The translations under genes were made by a program, and so were the position numbers. The notes beneath the pieces are model-generated. The model worked only from the letters and a program-made list of their open reading frames with translations, was not told where the DNA came from and did not search any database. A DNA stretch of 63,892 nucleotides, the filler included, from Ministeria vibrans ATCC 50519 (lineage: Eukaryota > Protista > Filasterea), in assembly GCA_943704425.1 (NCBI GenBank). It is 14 parts of 14 records of this genome, joined end to end, with 100 filler letters (N's around TTAATTAATTAA, not from the genome) between each part and the next. Parts side by side here need not be neighbours in the genome. Positions count along the whole stretch, not along the records: positions 57,677 to 58,767 come from CALSCP010000446.1; positions 58,868 to 61,948 come from CALSCP010001806.1; positions 62,049 to 63,892 come from CALSCP010001599.1; 11 more parts are not named here. One strand, written 5' to 3'. This document shows positions 57,724 to 63,892 of this stretch, piece by piece; position 1 is the first letter of the stretch, and each line of letters starts with the position of its first letter.

Positions 57724-57769
57724 CAAAAAAAAAGTGATGTGAGTGTCAGGAGAGCAATGCTCAATCTTA

Positions 57770-58640
57770 CGTCGTCAGCGCCCGCCTCTTCACGAGGACG
57801 ACCATCAAGGGTGAACGTGGACACTGTGAGTGAGGCTGGCGTGGAGAGCAGGGGTTGAGGGAACTCGGTGATCTGGGCACGCACAGGAATGCGCAGTGAG
57901 GCGGCGGAGGAGGCCCGACGCCCCACAAACTTCTGAGAGGCCCGACCGCGTCGCGAAAGCTGTGCGTCGAGTTCGCGCAGCATAGACAAATAGGTGGTAA
58001 TGGAAAGAGGCTCGGGGGCGTCTGCGTCGAAGACAGCCGGGTCAACAATGGCCGCGACACCCAGAGCGTCTTCGGCAGCGTCAAGTGCCTGGCGAACACT
58101 CTCCTGTCCGAGGGCCGCGTCGGGATTGGCGACGGGAGCAGCCTCGTGCGCCAACGCAGTGTCCTTTTCCTTGATACGGTTCACAAGGTGACTGAGAACA
58201 ACCCCACTGGCGAGTGCGCGGAAGTCTGGGCATGGTTTCCCACTTGTGTCCTCTACCCAGCGCAACAGCAGTGCCTTGGTCGAGACACCTTTCCAGCCAC
58301 GTTTCGTGAGCGAACCCGACGTTAAAGCGGGTGCCGCATCCAATGGAGTTTGCAACGCCGAGCCTGCAAGGGGGTCTTTTTCAGTGGCAGTGGCAGCTTC
58401 CTCTGGAATGCCATCTTCGTCGTTTTCGTCGGTTGAGCGCGCCAACTTGACTTGGTATCGGAGAATCATCTCCCACAACAAACCCAAAATAAGGTCTTCT
58501 TTGTGTGCAAAGATTGCTGCTGGATCAATATTGAGAAGTTTGAGGTTCTCGCTTCGCAAAAACTCAAAGACAATGGTCAGATTCTCCGAGCGATGAATCA
58601 ACATCTTCGGCGTGCGATTGATTTTTCGCTGTGTCGTCTA
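57770..58640 (-). CDS. Tandem calponin-homology actin-binding protein (filamin-like), internal exon
   Basis: ENLTIVFEFLRSENLKLLNIDPAAI..DLILGLLWEMILRYQV; KALLLRWV..DFRALASGVVL..SITTYLS. Confidence 0.8.
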
Positions 58641-58658
58641 TCAACATGAGAACGGTAG

Positions 58659-58767
<109 letters not shown>

Positions 58768-58867
58768 NNNNNNNNNNNNNNNNNNNNNNNNNNNNNNNNN
58801 NNNNNNNNNNNTTAATTAATTAANNNNNNNNNNNNNNNNNNNNNNNNNNNNNNNNNNNNNNNNNNNN

Positions 58868-60415
58868 GGTCTGTGGATTGCGGGGACATATCAGCTGGCA
58901 ATGATGTCACGCGACCCGCGCATCAACATGAGCGACAGTGGTGCGCAGTTCCGTCTGTTTTTGACCATCTTCACGTTGGGATGGACGCTGTTTGTGTTTG
59001 GGTTTTATGTCTATTGGATGCGTCGTCGCGCTTCGACGCGCGTTCGACTGGGTGAGAACGAGTTTGATGATTTTGGCATTTCCAAGAATCACGATGAGAA
59101 TGTGAAGATTGAAGTTGCGCGACAGCGGTGTATTGGCATGTCCTACGTGATGTACACGGACGAGCACCGCTGGTTCTACATTGCGGTGTATGTGCGGAAG
59201 ATTCTTGTGGGGTGTTTTGTCGGAGCATTTGCTCTGACATTCAATGTGACTGCTGTGACACAGTTTGTGTGTGTGCTTGTGGTCTACATTGTGTACTTGG
59301 CTCTTGTGCTCTGGTATCGCCCGTTTACTGCGCTTCTGTTCTTTGTGACAGAGATATGGGTCAGCTTTTTCTCGGTGATCACGATGTTGCTGCTCACGTT
59401 TCTCTTTCTGAACAAGTACGAGGTGGACATGGACGCACGTCAGCACCTTGCAACGTCGATTATCTGGGTGCACTGGGCGGTCATGGTGGGCTGGTTTCTG
59501 CTGCAGCTTCCTCGCTTTATTTTCATTTGTCTCACCTGCTGTGGTCTGTATCGTCGCGATGTGAGCTACGAAGATCGCGAGGACCGCCGTAATGCTTGCA
59601 CTAGCAAGCACACCATTGTTGAGCAGGCGACACCACGGAGTAGTTTAGGCCGTCGCAAGTCGAGTTTTGGTGGCTCCAACACGAGTTTCTCTCACGTGCC
59701 CACCATCAACATGATGGAAGCGAATCTGGTGTCGAGCGCAGGTCGGGGTGGGATGCAGGCGCACGAAAGCTGGCGCGACGTATCCTCGGGCATGTCCACG
59801 AGTCACTTGCATGACTTCAATGGGGTCGCTCCGGATTTGGTTCTGCTCTCCAATGAGGATCTCACCGATGACCACGCGCAGTTTGGACTGTCTGTTCGCA
59901 GTCGTGCCAGAATTCTGCGCCGTCCGTCGCTATTTGGCCGACTGAAGGAATTGGCAGTTGGGACCAGCGCGCACTCCGTCGATCGCTCCTTGTCTCCCAC
60001 GAGTTCCACACCCAACGAGAACAGCAATGCTGTCACATACGGCGCCACGATCAGCACAGGGGCGCTAGATTCAGCGTCGAGTCGCAACACAAGCATATCC
60101 CAGTCACTCCATCCACACCAGAGCGCTTCGGCATTGCTAGGTGCTCGTCGCTCTTCGCCTAATGTGGATCGTCTGCGCTGGTCTTCGTCTCGTTCATCGT
60201 TCCATCGCACAGAGAGCACAGAGAGCTTTGATCGAACGCGTGGCATTTCCGTGAAGAAGCGCTCGGCGTCACGCGCCAGTCTGGCAGAAGAACAGATTCC
60301 TATGCGCGACCTTGCCGATGAGCCTTTGGCTGCTCTTGACACGGGCCGTGCTCGGTTTGGCGAGCGGCTTCAGCGCAATACGTCTCCCAAAGACTCAATC
60401 TGGGAGGAAATTTAA
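58868..60415 (+). CDS. Multi-TM protein of TRP-like/FLC-Pkd2 type, 3' part with Ser-rich tail
   Basis: IGMSYVMYTDEHRWFY..RKILVG..QFVCVL..WYRPF; several TM helices. Confidence 0.65.
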   Translation, partial: GLWIAGTYQLAMMSRDPRINMSDSGAQFRLFLTIFTLGWTLFVFGFYVYWMRRRASTRVRLGENEFDDFGISKNHDENVKIEVARQRCIGMSYVMYTDEHRWFYIAVYVRKILVGCFVGAFALTFNVTAVTQFVCVLVVYIVYLALVLWYRPFTALLFFVTEIWVSFFSVITMLLLTFLFLNKYEVDMDARQHLATSIIWVHWAVMVGWFLLQLPRFIFICLTCCGLYRRDVSYEDREDRRNACTSKHTIVEQATPRSSLGRRKSSFGGSNTSFSHVPTINMMEANLVSSAGRGGMQAHESWRDVSSGMSTSHLHDFNGVAPDLVLLSNEDLTDDHAQFGLSVRSRARILRRPSLFGRLKELAVGTSAHSVDRSLSPTSSTPNENSNAVTYGATISTGALDSASSRNTSISQSLHPHQSASALLGARRSSPNVDRLRWSSSRSSFHRTESTESFDRTRGISVKKRSASRASLAEEQIPMRDLADEPLAALDTGRARFGERLQRNTSPKDSIWEEI

Positions 60416-61575
60416 GCAGTGTCCCTGAGAGAGGGAATAATATATATAGAGAGAGAGTGATAAGTGAGAGTGAATGTGAATGAGAGGGAGAGTGTGTACA
60501 TGAGACTGATGGTGTGTGCGTTGCTTGTGCTGGCGCCACACAGTCCAGTGTTTTTTTTGTAATGGCACATTACACCATTTATTTTTTGATAATTGTTTTC
60601 ATCAATAATTTTTTCATTTAACGTAAACATTAACATAAAAACGTTTTATCAATTATTCATAGTTTACATCTTTAAATCGAAGTATCGCCGAGAGAACTGT
60701 GATACTGTAAATGCAATTATTACCGTATGTCAAACAGCGACAGCACAAATAGCTGACAACCACCGTGTGAACTATGGAACAAGAGCGGAGACATAGTGTA
60801 ATGTTAAAGATAAAATTCATTTTACTATGAGTGATCATTGATCAATAAAATTCGTATAAATTGTTACGATTTTCATTTGAAGGGGTTTGCCTTTTACATT
60901 TCTGATCCATTTTGATTCTTTTTTAGGCATCTTTAGCCAAAAGTGAGCCCAGAGCCCACGAGTCATCAGTCATGACTCGCCCAAAAGCCCGTCATACCCA
61001 AAATTTCATTAAAAGACCGATTTTTGAGTTTTTGAACAAAGTTCTGAAAGCTACGCACTATAGCCGGAATAAGCATTAAGCCGGCCACCCGTCAGTCCGT
61101 CACTCACCACTCAGTACCTACCGGTTGGTGACGGTCACTCTAGAACCAGCCAGCGATTCATTGATTTCACGATTTGAATAATACAGTCAACCATGGCCGA
61201 TCCACTCTTTGCGGTTTTCCGATCGCCGATTCACCGCGTCCGCCAAACGCATGCTTTACGCGAGACGTGAGATCTCAGAAGTCCGACGGGCGACGTGGAT
61301 TGAGTCGTTTGGTACTTGCTGGAGCACTTGGTACACATATTTTACCTGTCCGGGTCGATCGGGGGAGCACTCGTAAGCAAAAACCCCGATGTATGGATTT
61401 CGGCAATCGGCAAAATTGAAAATTCACTCAGTATTATTCATTATTCTTTCTTTTCTTAACGTATTTCCGAACTTTGTACTTCGACGAACCCATTACGCAT
61501 TACAGCCCATCGGACAGCCATATTTTCTCTGGGACTATATTCTTTTCTTTTATCTTTTTCACTGGCGATCGAAAC

Positions 61576-61893
61576 ATGCGATCGCTTTTGACGTGTGTGG
61601 CGGTGGCCGTCCTCGCCAATCTCGTCGGTATGCACCCGCCGTTTCCCGCCCACACATCCTCCTATGCCATGCTGCGACCTACTCCTGCATTGCTTCGCCT
61701 GAATAAGCGCCGCTTGTGTATCTCGCTTGTTCTAACTTTTCCTTATTTATTTTTTTTTTTTTCCTTTTAAGGTGTTGACGCTCAGGCAGTCGCCACAGCC
61801 GCTCTCACCGGCCTCGACCCGCTGACCCTGGGCGGATCATCTGTTGCCATTGATCTGGCAATCGAAAACACCGGGGATGTTCCTGGTTTCAGG
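61576..61893 (+). CDS. 5' exons of a secreted adhesin-like protein
   Basis: MRSLLTCVAVAVLANLVG|VDAQAVATAALTG..VAIDLAIENTGDVPGF with a GT-AG intron and a further donor. Confidence 0.55.
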
Positions 61894-62098
61894 TATGTCT
61901 TGTCGTTGTGATCACGCGATGACGTTCTTTTTTTTTTTTTTTTTTTTTNNNNNNNNNNNNNNNNNNNNNNNNNNNNNNNNNNNNNNNNNNNNTTAATTAA
62001 TTAANNNNNNNNNNNNNNNNNNNNNNNNNNNNNNNNNNNNNNNNNNNNCGTTGTGTTTGCAGTAGCAGTGTTGTTAGCCTACACACACATATGCTCAC

Positions 62099-62290
62099 CT
62101 CGTAACGCTTCTGGTTGTAGTCTTGACTCTCTTTGACGGCAAAGACGAATCTAAACGTCAGTCAGGGTTGAGTGAAAATCGTCCAAAAGTAAGAGTCAGC
62201 TCACCCTTTCGACTCATCCTCAATCTGGCACAGTTTCCCCTTCGTATTAAACTTGTACCCGAAGCCTTCAATCGTCGTTGGAAAAGACAT
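62099..62290 (-). CDS. FAM172A: FAM172A/ARB2A-like protein, 5' exons
   Basis: MSFPTTIEGFGYKFNTKGKL..|FVFAVKESQDYNQKRYE. Confidence 0.75.
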
Positions 62291-62486
62291 GATTAAAATT
62301 ATTATTCTTTATTATTTATTTTATTCTCATTACTGATCACACACACACACACACACACACACTTTTAGTAATCACTAATTATAAACCAGTGACTACCAAG
62401 GTCCAAGTGCCACCGCGCGCGTGTGTGTGTGAACGAATAGAATTTTCAATCGCCCTTGACAACACAACTCAACAACAGAATACAGA

Positions 62487-63635
62487 ATGGAATTTGCAGA
62501 AAAGCACGGCTTCCCGCTTCCCCCCGACCTCAAAGTAACTCACATGCGCCATACTCCTCCCCGTTTCGCTCGACGCCCTTCCCCTTCACCCTTTCTTTTG
62601 TCTTGTTTTTTGTTTTCTTTATGCGTTGCCAAGGTAGCGCTTGAAATCTCGTTGCCCCTCATGGAGTCTAGCCAGCGCCTCAGACGCTCCTTCTTCTGGG
62701 GCCGGATCCAAGGAAGCGATAAAGACTATTTCATTGCACAGGGCGTCGTTCATGATGAGCTAATCGGGCGAAAAGGTTCGAAAACACAAAACTTAAACAG
62801 TCCTAAGTAGTAAAAAAATTATTAAACTTGTCCTCAGTTTATATGTCGCCAAACTGCATTGACTGGCTTTTATTGCCCGAAGCAACAAACGAACTTATGA
62901 GCGAGGTGCGCAATATAACTGGTCGCTTCACGGGTGATCCGGCCCACCAGTATGTGGTACGGGAGCCCTCGACGAAGGAAGCTGCACCTGAGGATTGGGA
63001 CGCACCTCGTCACGCGAACCCCAATGATCATGATCACGAGGCTGATCATGATCATGACAGTGCCACCTCCCCAACTAGTGCAAGCACTTCTTTAGACGCC
63101 GGTTTGGTAATAACAGAAGAGTCTCGTCTTGCCGCCACGATCGCACTCATCGACGAAGATGCTGCTGTGGTACCCCGTGGTGCGTTCATGAGAACGCCCA
63201 AGGTACGATGAGATGTATTGATATCGATATTGATTTGACACTGATGAGTGATGAGATTAATTATGAAAATTAATTATGGCCATAATTCTTTTTGTCGCGC
63301 AGGGAGCTGTCATTGTCAACAATACCTTCCGTGGCCTCGATGGCTCTGCAGCAGTACAACTGTCCTCCTACATGCACTTCCGTCCGGCGCGTCTCCTCCC
63401 ACGCAAATCTCTCCTTGAGCGTGAACACCTCGACCGCAGTCTCGACTTTCTTGATCGTCTCACCGACGACGTGCCCTCGGGCGTGTGGGCCCTGCAGCGC
63501 GACGGCGACCTCATCTGCCTGAAGAGCCTCCGGTGGCTCGGTGCACAGGCCTTTCTGCAGGCGTCGACGGGCCGCCACTGCTCGCTCTACGACGGTTCCG
63601 GCGAGCCCAATCGCGATCTCGCCTTCCAACTTTAG
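62487..63635 (+). CDS. RSPH9: Radial spoke head protein 9
   Basis: FWGRIQGSDKDYFIAQG..CIDWLLLP..GRFTGDP..EESRLAATI..VVPRGAF..FRGL..CLKSLRWLG..YDGSGEPNRDLAF. Confidence 0.92.
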
Positions 63636-63759
63636 ACATTTTAGTCAAAATATGAATAAAGTTAGAAGTGTTAGAAAGGATTATTAGACTATCTTATATG
63701 AGTTATAAGACGAAAGACGTTATATTATTTTTATTTTATTACATTATTTCTTCTTCGCA

Positions 63760-63835
63760 ATGGCCAAACATCATCCTGACTTGATTATGTGCCGTAAGCA
63801 ACCCGGCGTTGCCATTGGACGTCTTTGCGAAAACT
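63760..63835 (+). CDS. PHF5A: PHD-finger splicing factor PHF5A/Rds3, first exon
   Basis: [25 protein letters not shown] followed by a GTAAG donor. Confidence 0.92.
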
Positions 63836-63850
63836 GTAAGAAACTCTTCT

Positions 63851-63892
<42 letters not shown>

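Overview
Eukaryotic DNA made of 14 unrelated contigs joined by artificial 100-nt N/TTAATTAATTAA/N linkers, so adjacency across linkers means nothing. Most contigs hold compact, intron-rich housekeeping and signalling genes: atypical E2F, ELMO, Vav-like, PAP2, SNX9-like, PDS5, NUDT12, Slingshot, CLC, ubiquitin-eS30, BPNT1, CRLS1, LST8, WDR37, CFAP410, RSPH9, FAM172A and PHF5A. Together they suggest a flagellated unicellular holozoan or a close relative (inference). The standout is contig 27334-42721, an accessory island with two divergent, intronless, phage-type (NrS-1/DUF5906/D5-like) SF3 helicase genes. One is fused to a degenerate AEP/PrimPol-like domain and has apparently dead catalytic motifs. 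The other is helicase-only with intact Walker motifs. A 4-unit array with nested 9-bp iteron-like repeats lies between them, and a spliced coiled-coil ORF abuts the first helicase through a TAATG stop/start overlap. Decayed cargo (DUF285/BspA, TPR modules) lies nearby. This is a candidate undescribed self-replicating or virus-derived element. Other points of note are a near-canonical ubiquitin fused to eS30, a 16-bp duplication that frameshifts Slingshot, and bacterial-type adhesins. All family calls come from motif recognition by eye, and multi-exon coordinates are approximate.
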